Below are positions 1 to 9,635 of a stretch of DNA of 64,000 bases, piece after piece. The position numbers and the translations under genes are program-made. This DNA is from an uncultured virus (IMG/VR IMGVR_UViG_3300017956_000004). Taxonomy: Duplodnaviria > Heunggongvirae > Uroviricota > Caudoviricetes. The stretch lies in the IMG/VR virus record IMGVR_UViG_3300017956_000004; one strand, 5' to 3'. Below the pieces are notes generated by a model, which made no database searches, was not told the DNA's origin, and saw only the letters and a list, made by a program, of their open reading frames with translations. How positions within the stretch are numbered: position 1 is the stretch's first letter; each line of letters opens with the position of its first letter.

Positions 1-60
1 ATATAGGTGCGTTTATTTGCCATTCTCGATTGTTTCCCTTAATTACGGATTATATAGAAC

Positions 61-68
61 TATTTATC
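61..68 (-). promoter_or_regulatory. Late promoter variant GATAAATA, pointing out of the window to the left
   Basis: Same octamer found upstream of several structural genes; one mismatch from the T4 late consensus TATAAATA. Confidence 0.5.
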
Positions 69-97
69 ACTTTCTATAGGAAGAAATTTTACCCAAG

Positions 98-121
98 AAA
101 AAGCCCACTTACGTGGGCTTT
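98..121 (-). terminator. Rho-independent terminator after the major capsid gene
   Basis: Minus strand reads GCCCAC-GUAA-GUGGGC followed by UUUUU, about 20 nt after the stop codon. Confidence 0.85.
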
Positions 122-141
122 GACTTTCAGTAAAGTAATTC

Positions 142-1299
142 TTACTGGAATGATACGTTTGCTAATGAAATAGCGTCAACGTAGTCACCTGCGTTACCCA
201 AAGAGCTTGCAGTGTTAGTTAGTTCTTTATAACCATAACGTGTCATAAAGCTAACAACTGGCTCAAATGTAGCAGGATCCATAACTGGACCTGTGCTCAT
301 TAGAGGAACGTATGGGCAGTAGAACGCAGGAGCATCTGTTTCAGATGAACCTTTGTAACCAACTAGGATTCTAGCACTAGGATCACCTGAGCTAGCATCT
401 TGTGCGTAGTTGTCTACAAATACTTTTACTGTACCATTTAATGTACCAACAAACTTAGTGTTTGTAGGTGCTTCAAATGAACCTTCTGTTGTGCGAGCAA
501 ATGTTGATGTGCTTGCTGACTGAAGGATTGTTAGTGCTTCTGGAGAAACAACAACGTAGTTACCAGCACCGCGGCGTGTTCTTGCTGCGATTCTGTTAGC
601 TGCTCTGTTGATCTCAATAGCTAGTGCAGCGTGACGGTCACCAACATATACGCTTTGACCACTTAGGCTTGAGAAGTCTAAAGTTGTACCAGCGCCTGCT
701 AGTGTACGTAGAGAACCGATAATTTCTTGATCGATTTCAACTACGATTTCCTGTGCTAAAGCAGCCATGATTTCTGACTCAACGTCAACACCATGCATTG
801 CTTCTGCGTCTTGTGCTGCCTCAAAAGTCCAGCGAGCTGATAGACGTCTTGTCTTTGCTTCTACTGTTTCTTTCAAGATTTGAATGCTCATCTTACGACC
901 AGGTGTTCCTTCAGCAGTTGCAGTAGCATCAGGTGAACCTGAGTATGCATTTGCTAGATCAAATGGTGATAGAGCTTCTGTACCGGCAGTAACGCCTGCA
1001 GCTGATTCTGCATAACGTACACGTAAAGTGTGGATTTGGCCTACTGGACCAGTCATTGGTTGTACACCAACTAATTCGTTCGCGATAACGCTAGGCATTA
1101 CACGTCTAATTAGTGGTAACATTACCTTGTTTAATGTTGCAACGTTGCCTGCACCAGTTGCGCCTGTGGTTGCTGCCTCTGACAATTGTCTTTTTGCATT
1201 TTCGAGGACAACATCCATAGTTTTTTGACGTTGACCTGTTAGGCCTTCCATCAACGCATCTTTGGTTGCTGACCAGTTGCTTTCAAATAAGTTTGCCAT
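142..1299 (-). CDS. gp23: Major capsid protein (T4 gp23-like)
   Basis: Motifs LIRRVMP..IA.ELVGVQPMTGP.G, TVEAKTR.L.A.WT.E.AQD..A.HG, EID.EII, FYCPYVPL, TRYG; AGGAG RBS. Confidence 0.97.
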   Translation of the reverse strand: MANLFESNWSATKDALMEGLTGQRQKTMDVVLENAKRQLSEAATTGATGAGNVATLNKVMLPLIRRVMPSVIANELVGVQPMTGPVGQIHTLRVRYAESAAGVTAGTEALSPFDLANAYSGSPDATATAEGTPGRKMSIQILKETVEAKTRRLSARWTFEAAQDAEAMHGVDVESEIMAALAQEIVVEIDQEIIGSLRTLAGAGTTLDFSSLSGQSVYVGDRHAALAIEINRAANRIAARTRRGAGNYVVVSPEALTILQSASTSTFARTTEGSFEAPTNTKFVGTLNGTVKVFVDNYAQDASSGDPSARILVGYKGSSETDAPAFYCPYVPLMSTGPVMDPATFEPVVSFMTRYGYKELTNTASSLGNAGDYVDAISLANVSFQ

Positions 1300-1312
1300 G
1301 ATTAAACTCCTA

Positions 1313-2425
1313 TTATTTTGAAAGTCCGGCTAATTTACGGATCGTGTCGATCTCAACAACACTCTCCGTGTTGTCATCGGCTTCTGTCTTCACAGACGCC
1401 TTTTTATTACCAGTGTGTTCTTTAACTACTGATTCTGTCAATGCTTTCTTTACTCTTGGTGTTTCGCCATCTAAAACAGATGGAAGATACTTATTGAATT
1501 GCTTCTCTAAGTTCTCTGTCTTAACACTTTCAAGTAAGTCTTGCATAATTTCTTTCTTCTCTTTGCCTAGTGGTGCTAAAAGACTATTAAGTGTTTCCTT
1601 ACGGTTATACTTGTCTTCAGCAACTCTTAACTTTGACTCTACCAATTGCTTGGCTTCGCTTTGCTCTGCAATTGCTTGCTTCGCTTCGTTAAGTGCTTTT
1701 TCCATTTCGGCTAACTGTTTCTGTACCGTCTTAATTTCTTTCGCTTCGTTTAAGTACGATGTATTGTACTCAGTTGCGAATGCTTCAAAAATTCTACGGC
1801 CAAAGTCATTTTCGCGAGCCTTAGTGATGTCGTCTTTAAATGATTTAACTTCATTAGTAATAACTCTGTTAACAACGTTTTCAACTTTGTCAGCAGCTTT
1901 CTTAATAAAGTCTTTCTTAGATTCAGCAAGTTGTTTCTTGCCTTCTCTAATCATTTTAACTTTCTGCTCAACTAATGCTTTCTTGTCTTCGTGGAACTCT
2001 TTTAGCTCTTCAGCTAATTGCTCGCTCACAAACTCGTCGAGTTTGCCAACGTGCTCTGCTACACGATTACGGTCTGCACGTAGTTCCTTGACTTCTTTAG
2101 CAACCTGTTGAGTTACAAAAGTGTCAAGTAGTTTTGCATGCTCACTAATGGCTTTGCGATACTTAACTTGTTGCTCGGCTAAAGATTTTCTATCCTCTGC
2201 TAGTTCTGAAATTTCAGCTTCAACTTTAGTTGTGATAAAATTGTCCATTGCTTCCACAATAAGACCTTTATCATGTTCATAACGTTGAGCAAACTCCTCA
2301 CGGAGTTCTGCTGTAACTTCTTCACGTGCTTCGGCTAGTTTACCTTCCCAAGCTTCTTGAATGCCAGCTTTAACTTCTTCAGTTAACTCTGTGCCTTCAA
2401 GTAGTTCGTTAAATGTACCTGCCAT
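1313..2425 (-). CDS. gp22: Prohead core scaffold protein (gp22-like)
   Basis: Glu/Lys-rich coiled coil with RRIFEAF motif; lies between protease and major capsid genes. Confidence 0.85.
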   Translation of the reverse strand: MAGTFNELLEGTELTEEVKAGIQEAWEGKLAEAREEVTAELREEFAQRYEHDKGLIVEAMDNFITTKVEAEISELAEDRKSLAEQQVKYRKAISEHAKLLDTFVTQQVAKEVKELRADRNRVAEHVGKLDEFVSEQLAEELKEFHEDKKALVEQKVKMIREGKKQLAESKKDFIKKAADKVENVVNRVITNEVKSFKDDITKARENDFGRRIFEAFATEYNTSYLNEAKEIKTVQKQLAEMEKALNEAKQAIAEQSEAKQLVESKLRVAEDKYNRKETLNSLLAPLGKEKKEIMQDLLESVKTENLEKQFNKYLPSVLDGETPRVKKALTESVVKEHTGNKKASVKTEADDNTESVVEIDTIRKLAGLSK

Positions 2426-2434
2426 AGTAGTCTC

Positions 2435-3061
2435 CTACTTCTTAAGTTCGTTAATGAAAGCAGTTATCTGCTTCATCAGGTGTTTTTCTGCGGATTTGTC
2501 GTGTGTGACTGCAGAAGCGGTATTGTAAATTACACTACCGCCACGCATGTTAAATAAACTTTCATAAATTGTCTTTGGATATGCATCTGGTGCACTGGGC
2601 TGGGCCACAATGTCGACTGTAACTATATCAAAGTCAGAAACTTTACCGCTCTGACTTACATTACCGCTACCTCGACTACTTACGCCCAGTTTGGCTCCAG
2701 CCTTTAAAAGGCTACGAGCTATATTACCCATAGGTGTGTCTATGATTTTTAGTTTACCCATCCCGTTATTGTCTTCAGTATGCATGTCGACAATAATGTG
2801 ACTCACACGGTCTAAATTAATTTGTAATTCTTCTGGGTGATCCAGTTCTCCTAGCACAGTTTCACCTGTACTAAGTCTCTTTCGCACACTTTCCACTGCA
2901 CGTTGGATTTCTTGTTTCGGGTAAACACGACCATTCTGATTTTCAACCTCTCCCTGAATGAACAGGCCGGCCATCATCAAGTCTTTACCGTCTTCAGATT
3001 CCATGAGCTTTAGACCCGCATGATCCGAGCTCATATATTCGTATAGTTTACGTGGTCCCAT
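2435..3061 (-). CDS. gp21: Prohead protease (gp21-like)
   Basis: N.NGRVYP, LGELDHP, VSH, TPMG, LGVSSRG.G, DIVAQPSAPDA motifs. Confidence 0.95.
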   Translation of the reverse strand: MGPRKLYEYMSSDHAGLKLMESEDGKDLMMAGLFIQGEVENQNGRVYPKQEIQRAVESVRKRLSTGETVLGELDHPEELQINLDRVSHIIVDMHTEDNNGMGKLKIIDTPMGNIARSLLKAGAKLGVSSRGSGNVSQSGKVSDFDIVTVDIVAQPSAPDAYPKTIYESLFNMRGGSVIYNTASAVTHDKSAEKHLMKQITAFINELKK

Positions 3062-3080
3062 AAGTAATTACTCCTACAAT

Positions 3081-3920
3081 TTATGCCTTTTTAGGCTCAA
3101 CTTTAATGTTGTCTGTAGGTGTGTGGTCCTTCGCTGAGTCACCTTTAGCGCCTTCGCCACCGTCTTTGGCTTTTACAGGTGTACCTGCGCCTTGTACGGA
3201 TGTCTTTTTAGGTGCTTTTGTGTATGGTGATTCGTTGCTGTCTGCTTCGACGCCTTTGCCATCTAATGGCTGACGGTCAACATTGTCGCTTAACTTTGTT
3301 GCTTCCTCAATCTCTTCAGAATCTGCTTCTTCAGCTTCTTCTAAATCATACTCGACTGATTCCATTTCTTCGCCTTCGTCATCGTCATCCATGTCCATGT
3401 CCATGTCCATTGGCATGTCCATATCCATGTCGTCTTCTGGCTGGTCTTCACCGTCGTCGTCTGACATTAATTTTTCGAATTCAGCACGTAGATCTTCTAG
3501 TTCTGCTTCTAGTTCGTCAACTTTATCTTCGATATCGTCGTCGCCCATGTCAGCGTCCATTTCGTCTTCGTCTTCGTCTTCGTCTTCTTCCAAGCCTGTT
3601 TCGTCAGCGTCAATTTCTGCTTCTGCTTCTTCCTGCTCGTCATCGAACAAAGGAGCATCTTCATCAACTTCAATTTCTTCTGCTTCTTCTACGGCTTCTT
3701 CAGTGTCTTCTTCTGACTCTTCAACTGCTTCCTCTTCGGACTCTGCTGATTCGTCAACTTCTTCATCAGTCTCTTCAACTACTTCTTCGCTTTCGTCAAG
3801 AACTTTTTCGTACTCTGCACGAGCCTTGTCTACTACATATTCGTGTAGTAAGTCTTCGGCTTTTTCGTTCTCTTCTGCTAAAAGGAGCTCAAGAATTTGA
3901 TCTAATTTCTCTCTTGACAT
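3081..3920 (-). CDS. Highly acidic prohead core protein (gp67-like by position and composition)
   Basis: Very Asp/Glu-rich with VEE and DM repeats; ATG at 3920 preceded by GGAGG, preferred over the 3932 start. Confidence 0.75.
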   Translation of the reverse strand: MSREKLDQILELLLAEENEKAEDLLHEYVVDKARAEYEKVLDESEEVVEETDEEVDESAESEEEAVEESEEDTEEAVEEAEEIEVDEDAPLFDDEQEEAEAEIDADETGLEEDEDEDEDEMDADMGDDDIEDKVDELEAELEDLRAEFEKLMSDDDGEDQPEDDMDMDMPMDMDMDMDDDDEGEEMESVEYDLEEAEEADSEEIEEATKLSDNVDRQPLDGKGVEADSNESPYTKAPKKTSVQGAGTPVKAKDGGEGAKGDSAKDHTPTDNIKVEPKKA

Positions 3921-3973
3921 TGTGGCCTCCAAATAAGTTTCGTAGATAGACTCGTATAGTCTAATCTTACCAT

Positions 3974-3981
3974 TACTTATA
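3974..3981 (-). promoter_or_regulatory. Possible late promoter TATAAGTA for the core-protease-scaffold-capsid genes
   Basis: One mismatch from TATAAATA, intergenic, about 55 nt upstream of ATG 3920. Confidence 0.4.
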
Positions 3982-4068
3982 GTTTTTTAAAAAATAATGA
4001 GGAATAAGCCCAGAAATGAGCTCATTTTCGTGATTCGTAAAAGATATTTACTAGATTATGATCGGAAC

Positions 4069-4272
4069 TTATAATGTACTATTATCTGCCGCTGGTGCAG
4101 CATACATTACTCTGGCAAATTTATCGTGTTCTATCTTCTCTAGTTTCTTTATTTCTCTGTACTTACGCAGTTTATTTAGCTCTTCCAGAGTTAATTTGCT
4201 TTTTCTAGTATCGTCCTGCTCTCTTTTGTCATGCTTGTCATTTGCAGGATCGTAAAATTCTCTAAGTCTCAT
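4069..4272 (-). CDS. Small basic head-module protein of unknown function
   Basis: 67-aa ORF whose ATG overlaps the portal stop (TAATG); helical and Lys/Arg-rich. Confidence 0.75.
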   Translation of the reverse strand: MRLREFYDPANDKHDKREQDDTRKSKLTLEELNKLRKYREIKKLEKIEHDKFARVMYAAPAADNSTL

Positions 4273-5984
4273 TATACTACCTCTCCTCCAGGCGCTGGGG
4301 CCGCTGTGGGGTCTGGAGCCATTGCTGGATCAGCTGCTGGATCTGCCATGCCTGACATATCAACGTCAGCTTCTGCATCTACCATGTCGTTAGGTGCTGG
4401 CCTTACTCCCATTGCTCCTAGTCCAGGTACACCTTCCTCTTGTTGTGCTGTCTCATATTTCTCAGCACCGTTTTCCTGTCTCCACAGTTCTTCGTTTTCA
4501 CGTATTTCGTCTTCAGTTAAGCCCAGATACTTTTTAAGTTTAAACTGATTAGCCATATAAGGAATAGCCTGAATCTGTGCAAACAACTGAGCCTTTTCTG
4601 TTTCCAGTTGTATTTCCCTATATGAACTAAAGTTCATTGGCTTGTTAAATTCTAAATAATAGTTACCGCTATCAATTTCTACACCACGATGCTTGACAAA
4701 CATCTTGAATTCACGGTCTAAATCTTCCTGAATTTGCTTTTGTAAACGTTCTACATACTTGGCAAATCTATACTCTTGAATGTATGCAACGCCCACTTTG
4801 CCGTCATTATATACAGCGGAACCGTCTTCTGGCCCGGTTGGTAGGTAACTACTAGGTACCCTTAAACCACGTAGAAGTTTGTTATTGAAGTACCTTAAAT
4901 CATCTATCTGACCCAGGTTTTCACCGCCTGGTAATGTGTCTACTTTACTGCCTCTACCCTCTGCTGTTTGTGCAAAAAAGTAATCTTCCAGCATGCTCAT
5001 TGGGTTATATGCACTGTCTGCAACACTGTTACCGTCTTTGTTTTTGCCTGGAATACGCTTTTGCTGTACAGCATACTTAACTTGTTCCAGGTACTGACTT
5101 GCTTTATGAGGAGGCATATTACCTACATCAATAAAGAACACACGTCTTTCTGGTGCTCTGTGCACCCTATATATAATAATAGAGTCCTCTAATAATTCTT
5201 TTTGTTTAAATGTTTTAAAAATAGGTTCCAGGATACTGATACCAAACGGCCATGCACCGTCCATGCCTTCTGTTAAACTGATATGTACAACATGTTGTGC
5301 ATCTACTGGTATACCCTGATCCTGACCTTCTACTGAACCCGGTGCATATCCTGTTGCACTAATGTTAGTGGGGCTCATGATGCCTGTGATTCCTTGTCCG
5401 CTACCAAAAGGTCTAGCATGCATTGGTGCAACATCAGTTGCTACACGTTCTGCTGTGATGGGATCAATATTTTTAATAAAGTATGTTTCAATTTTTTTGC
5501 CTTCGCTTTCGTTTACAATAACTTTTTCCACGTTGGCTGGATCAACCCACATCATTTCATATGTTTCTGGGTCACGAATAAAAATTTGATCTCCGTACTT
5601 GATGGTGTTACGGAAAATTTTGAATGCTCTTTTATATAAGTCGTTTAAATTACACCATTGTTGTAGTGTTTTAGAAATAATTTTGCTTTCAGTATCGCTT
5701 GGGTTTTCAATATACTTGATGCTGAATGGTAAACCGTTAACTTCTTCTTCTTGAGTGCCAAATTCTGCAATGGTATCCAGTGCTGTGTTAATTTCTGAAT
5801 CCCCATCCATGTTATCATACTGCATGTATCTAAGCAGTCTGTTTGGCGAGCCAGCATATACTTCAGGTAACCAACTCTCAAAACGACTTGTTGCCGCTCC
5901 TGGCATTCCTGTAGGCTGATTACCCTGTATGTTAATGGGTAAACCACTATTGTCAACAGGTGTAAAGAACTTTTTCCAACTCAT
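4272..5984 (-). CDS. gp20: Portal vertex protein (gp20-like)
   Basis: LLEDSIIIYRVHRAPERRVFFIDVGNMP..KA.QY, MLEDYFF, G.GSKVDTLPGGENLGQIDD..YF..KL...L.VP.S.L. Confidence 0.97.
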   Translation of the reverse strand: MSWKKFFTPVDNSGLPINIQGNQPTGMPGAATSRFESWLPEVYAGSPNRLLRYMQYDNMDGDSEINTALDTIAEFGTQEEEVNGLPFSIKYIENPSDTESKIISKTLQQWCNLNDLYKRAFKIFRNTIKYGDQIFIRDPETYEMMWVDPANVEKVIVNESEGKKIETYFIKNIDPITAERVATDVAPMHARPFGSGQGITGIMSPTNISATGYAPGSVEGQDQGIPVDAQHVVHISLTEGMDGAWPFGISILEPIFKTFKQKELLEDSIIIYRVHRAPERRVFFIDVGNMPPHKASQYLEQVKYAVQQKRIPGKNKDGNSVADSAYNPMSMLEDYFFAQTAEGRGSKVDTLPGGENLGQIDDLRYFNNKLLRGLRVPSSYLPTGPEDGSAVYNDGKVGVAYIQEYRFAKYVERLQKQIQEDLDREFKMFVKHRGVEIDSGNYYLEFNKPMNFSSYREIQLETEKAQLFAQIQAIPYMANQFKLKKYLGLTEDEIRENEELWRQENGAEKYETAQQEEGVPGLGAMGVRPAPNDMVDAEADVDMSGMADPAADPAMAPDPTAAPAPGGEVV

Positions 5985-6013
5985 ATATTGTCTCTTTTAA
6001 AGTTATATGCAAC

Positions 6014-6021
6014 TATTTATC
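6014..6021 (-). promoter_or_regulatory. Late promoter GATAAATA upstream of the portal gene
   Basis: Exact octamer about 30 nt upstream of ATG 5984. Confidence 0.65.
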
Positions 6022-6056
6022 AGGAATCTGATTATTGAGAGGATTTTATCGGCGTG

Positions 6057-9000
6057 TTATAATTGTTTATTATTAATAGTAATCAATTGGTCTAATTTTT
6101 GATTTGTTTTTTTGATTAAATCTGCTAAAGATGCATTACCACCACTGCTTGGTTTAGGTGGTCCTACATCTTTGCTAGTGTTTACTTGAGGATTCACGCC
6201 TTCAACACTGTTTACATCTTCTGGATCAGGGGTAGGTGGCAAGGGACTTGGACCATTTACAGCACCCACATCATTTGTAACTGTTACATTTGTTGATGCA
6301 CTGCTTATCAGGTTGCGATTGATTTCTGCCATGGCATCACTGATAGATAACAAGTTATCAGGATTTAAGTCTGTCATATTTCTCAGTGCATCTGCATATA
6401 AGTTTATAGCGGCGGCATTTTTAACTATGCCTCCAGCACCGATATCTAACCCACCAAATTCTTTCAGACGCTCAAATGCTTTTAATGAAGAGTCGCTCAT
6501 TAAGTCTTCTGTTGCTGATTCCAGATTGTCCAGGTTCACATGTTGTAGTTCGCCCATTGCTAGTGCATAAGCCAAAATAGCATTTGAGTTAGCCATAACA
6601 CCTGCGGCATTTATGTTGGTAGCACCAAATTCTGCCATTTTTTCTAATGGAGTGTCGCCACCAAATAATCCCACTATGCCAGAACCTATATCGGATAACA
6701 ATGCACCAATAGTTGCTCCTGGGTAATCCACTGCACCCAATTGGCCCATTGCGGCACCATATGCAGTAATTGCTTCAGCATTCTTGATGATGCCGTCTTT
6801 GTTAATTGTTGCCTCACCAAACTTTTGTACTTTTTCCAGCAGTGTATCACCACCAAACAGTTTAACTAAGCCTTCACCTATACTACCTATCAGGTTACCT
6901 GCACCGCCTGCACCAGCACCGCCACCTGCAGCAGCCATTGCTTTTGCGTATGCAACTAATGCTTGTGCATTATTTTCTATGCGATCTTTGGGGAATTCAT
7001 ATTTGCCAAATTCTTCAACTTTATCAAATATGCTTGTACCGCCAAAGAATTCATTCATGCTGTCTAGCAGTCCGCCCACAATGTTACCCAGTGCGCCTAC
7101 AACACTACCAGCACCAAACGCAGCAATACCTACACCAAGTGCGGCCATACCGCCACCCACTTTGATCAGGTTCATGCCGTCTATATCACTGAACGATCTT
7201 AATCCTTCGGCCAGTGTGGGTAATGCTTTACCCAGTATCCAACTAGCGCCTGCAATACCTGCACCGATTGCAACTATTGCAGCACCTAAAATACCAGCAC
7301 CTATAAGTATAGCAGGATTAGCAAATGCAGTCAACCCTTTTGCTAAACCTTGTAGTATGGCACCAAATGCTTTGCCCAAGCCTGTTCCAATAGATTTGGC
7401 TGCTTTGCCTATGCCATCAGCAATACCTGCAACAGCATCGCCTAAACCTTTACCCAAACTCTTGAGTGCTTTACCTAAATTTTTACCTATGTCTGCAATG
7501 CTTTTACCAAAACTACCAGCACCTTTTGCGGCTGCATTTCCTGCTTGTCCGCCTGCTGTGTCACTGGCGGCATTACCGCCGCCACCAAAACCTAATTTAC
7601 CAAAGAAACTTTTGACACCTTTACCGGCACTTAAGAGCTTATTAAATGCTACAAAGCCAACAATGGCTGTACCTATGACGCCACCTAATGATGTAAAACT
7701 TTTGGCTAGTGTTTCGCCTGCTCCTGCAAAATCACCAGTCATGGCTTTTGCTATGGCCACGAATGGTCTAGTTACACCGGCAATCACACTACCCAGCAGT
7801 TTAAATGTATCTATAATTGTTTTGGCGCCACCATCTTTAAACCATTGTCCAAAACTGATAATCACTGGAACTACTTTTTGCCTTAACATATCTCCAAGAT
7901 TAGTAAATCCACCTTCAGCGTCACCAAACATTTCCGTAATTTGCTTAGATATATCTCCCATTACGGTTTTAAACACATCTGTAATGCCCATTTGATCTGT
8001 TACATTTTCTTTTATTAACTTGCCGCTAGCATCAGTGTATTCTCTAATCATTGCGCCTGAATCGTCAATATATGTCTTAGCATTTTTTGCGCCTTCAGGT
8101 AGAGCAGCCATAGTAGTGCTAAATGCTGTTGCAAAACCTGCAAGAGCAGGTCCTAATGCACCGCTCATGTCATTGAACAAACCGCTAATGCCCCCACTAA
8201 ATTTAGCCATGGCATTATCGTACTGCTTGGCACCTTCTGCCAGTTTGTTCATTTCTGCGGCTGTTGTTGTACCGTACTTTTTGGCTGCTATCCTAAGCTC
8301 ACCCAAACTCTTGGCAAATTCTACACCTGCAGTACCCATGCTACCTGCTAATAATTGTGAACTCAAATTATCAAAATCTTCTGAATCCATATTAGCCGCA
8401 GTCTCAAGCAGTGTTGCCTGGAAGTTTGCCATTTCCTCGCCTACTTTAGCCACAACTTTAGGATCATTAGATTTAGCCATGGCATTCATATTTTTAACAC
8501 TCTTGACTAATTCAGGATTAACATAGTTCAGTGTTCTAAATAATTCTTGCCCTGATTCTCCTGCAAATGCAACAGCAGCACCAATTTCATTACCAATGCC
8601 ATCTATTAAGCTCTGGCTTAAGCCGCTGGCGGCCAAGTTACCCAGACCTTTTTCCATGGTTAGTGTGAAGCCACGAGCAACATCGTCTCCCAATCTGGCA
8701 CCTATACTTTGTACTCTGAGTGCAAACTCTGCGTTTTCTTCCAGTGTTTGCCTGCTAGCACCACGAATATCATCTATGCTTTTGCCTAACAGTTTAGCAG
8801 CATTCATTTGACTGTCATATAATTCAGCACTACGCTGTGCGGCTTGTGCAGCGTTTAAATTATCCAGTATGCCTAACTTTTGTCTGATTTCCAAATCATC
8901 TGCTGCAATTTCTGCAAGTTGGTTCATGTTCAGACCAAATTTAGCACCACTGGCGGTTGCTTGTGCTAGTGCCTGAGAAACTCCCAAAAAGGAATCTTGG

Positions 9001-9539
9001 CCTATGGCTGCAATAGTAGAAGAAGACTTTGCCATCAAGTCTGATGCTTCTGTTGTTGTTAATCCCAGTCTGTTAAAACTGGCAATGGTACTCGCAGTTG
9101 AGTCGCCTACACCATCTAAACCCATACCCTTTTCACTTAGATCAGCAATAACACCACCCAAGTTTAGTGCATTTTTGCCCAGCAAACCAAATCCTGTGAT
9201 TGCTGTACCCACAGCCATGACAGATAATTTTATAAAGGAATTAGCTAACTTGTTAGCCGCGGCGCCTGCGTCGATCATGCTAGCACCGAACACACTCTTG
9301 CCCTGTTTGGCATCTTTGTGTATATCTTTAAGAGTATCTGCTTGTTCTTTTTGGTATTCTTCGCGTTTTTCGTTGTCTTTTAGTTGCTCTGCAGAGTTTT
9401 TAACCAGTTTTTCATATAATGCAAACTCTTTTTTGTTCGCTGAAACCTGAGCCATAAGCAGTTTCATGACTTCCTGCTGTGTGGTTTCCAGAGCGTACTC
9501 TGGTAACATGGTGCCGTCTGGTAATGTAATGTTGGCCAT
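6057..9539 (-). CDS. Tape measure protein (gp29-like)
   Basis: 1160 aa, Ala/Gly-rich and helical, with hydrophobic stretches and FGG(D)T..EK..(E/K)FG repeats; adjacent to the chaperone gene. Confidence 0.8.
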   Translation of the reverse strand: MANITLPDGTMLPEYALETTQQEVMKLLMAQVSANKKEFALYEKLVKNSAEQLKDNEKREEYQKEQADTLKDIHKDAKQGKSVFGASMIDAGAAANKLANSFIKLSVMAVGTAITGFGLLGKNALNLGGVIADLSEKGMGLDGVGDSTASTIASFNRLGLTTTEASDLMAKSSSTIAAIGQDSFLGVSQALAQATASGAKFGLNMNQLAEIAADDLEIRQKLGILDNLNAAQAAQRSAELYDSQMNAAKLLGKSIDDIRGASRQTLEENAEFALRVQSIGARLGDDVARGFTLTMEKGLGNLAASGLSQSLIDGIGNEIGAAVAFAGESGQELFRTLNYVNPELVKSVKNMNAMAKSNDPKVVAKVGEEMANFQATLLETAANMDSEDFDNLSSQLLAGSMGTAGVEFAKSLGELRIAAKKYGTTTAAEMNKLAEGAKQYDNAMAKFSGGISGLFNDMSGALGPALAGFATAFSTTMAALPEGAKNAKTYIDDSGAMIREYTDASGKLIKENVTDQMGITDVFKTVMGDISKQITEMFGDAEGGFTNLGDMLRQKVVPVIISFGQWFKDGGAKTIIDTFKLLGSVIAGVTRPFVAIAKAMTGDFAGAGETLAKSFTSLGGVIGTAIVGFVAFNKLLSAGKGVKSFFGKLGFGGGGNAASDTAGGQAGNAAAKGAGSFGKSIADIGKNLGKALKSLGKGLGDAVAGIADGIGKAAKSIGTGLGKAFGAILQGLAKGLTAFANPAILIGAGILGAAIVAIGAGIAGASWILGKALPTLAEGLRSFSDIDGMNLIKVGGGMAALGVGIAAFGAGSVVGALGNIVGGLLDSMNEFFGGTSIFDKVEEFGKYEFPKDRIENNAQALVAYAKAMAAAGGGAGAGGAGNLIGSIGEGLVKLFGGDTLLEKVQKFGEATINKDGIIKNAEAITAYGAAMGQLGAVDYPGATIGALLSDIGSGIVGLFGGDTPLEKMAEFGATNINAAGVMANSNAILAYALAMGELQHVNLDNLESATEDLMSDSSLKAFERLKEFGGLDIGAGGIVKNAAAINLYADALRNMTDLNPDNLLSISDAMAEINRNLISSASTNVTVTNDVGAVNGPSPLPPTPDPEDVNSVEGVNPQVNTSKDVGPPKPSSGGNASLADLIKKTNQKLDQLITINNKQL

Positions 9540-9570
9540 TCAGTTCTCTATTATATGCTGTTTTTATGGT

Positions 9571-9578
9571 GATAAATA
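9571..9578 (+). promoter_or_regulatory. Late promoter GATAAATA for the gp26-like gene
   Basis: Exact octamer 57 nt upstream of ATG 9636. Confidence 0.65.
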
Positions 9579-9604
9579 CCTTGTGGATAAATCACACTTT
9601 ACGA

Positions 9605-9635
9605 TATTTATCCATTTTATTAACAGGAGTTTTAA
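9605..9635 (-). promoter_or_regulatory. Palindromic box plus late promoter for the tape measure gene
   Basis: Minus strand reads TTAAAACTCCTGTTAA-N7-GATAAATA. Confidence 0.7.

Noticed and set aside
3380..3590. GACATG and GAAGAC short tandem repeats
   Set aside because: These encode DM and ED low-complexity protein sequence; there are no spacers, so this is not a CRISPR array
6784..7995. 403-aa antisense ORF and other long shadow ORFs (1344-2111, 3212-3949, 3283-3900, 21580-22296, 62010-62723)
   Set aside because: They overlap well-supported genes on the opposite strand and have the low-complexity composition expected from codon bias
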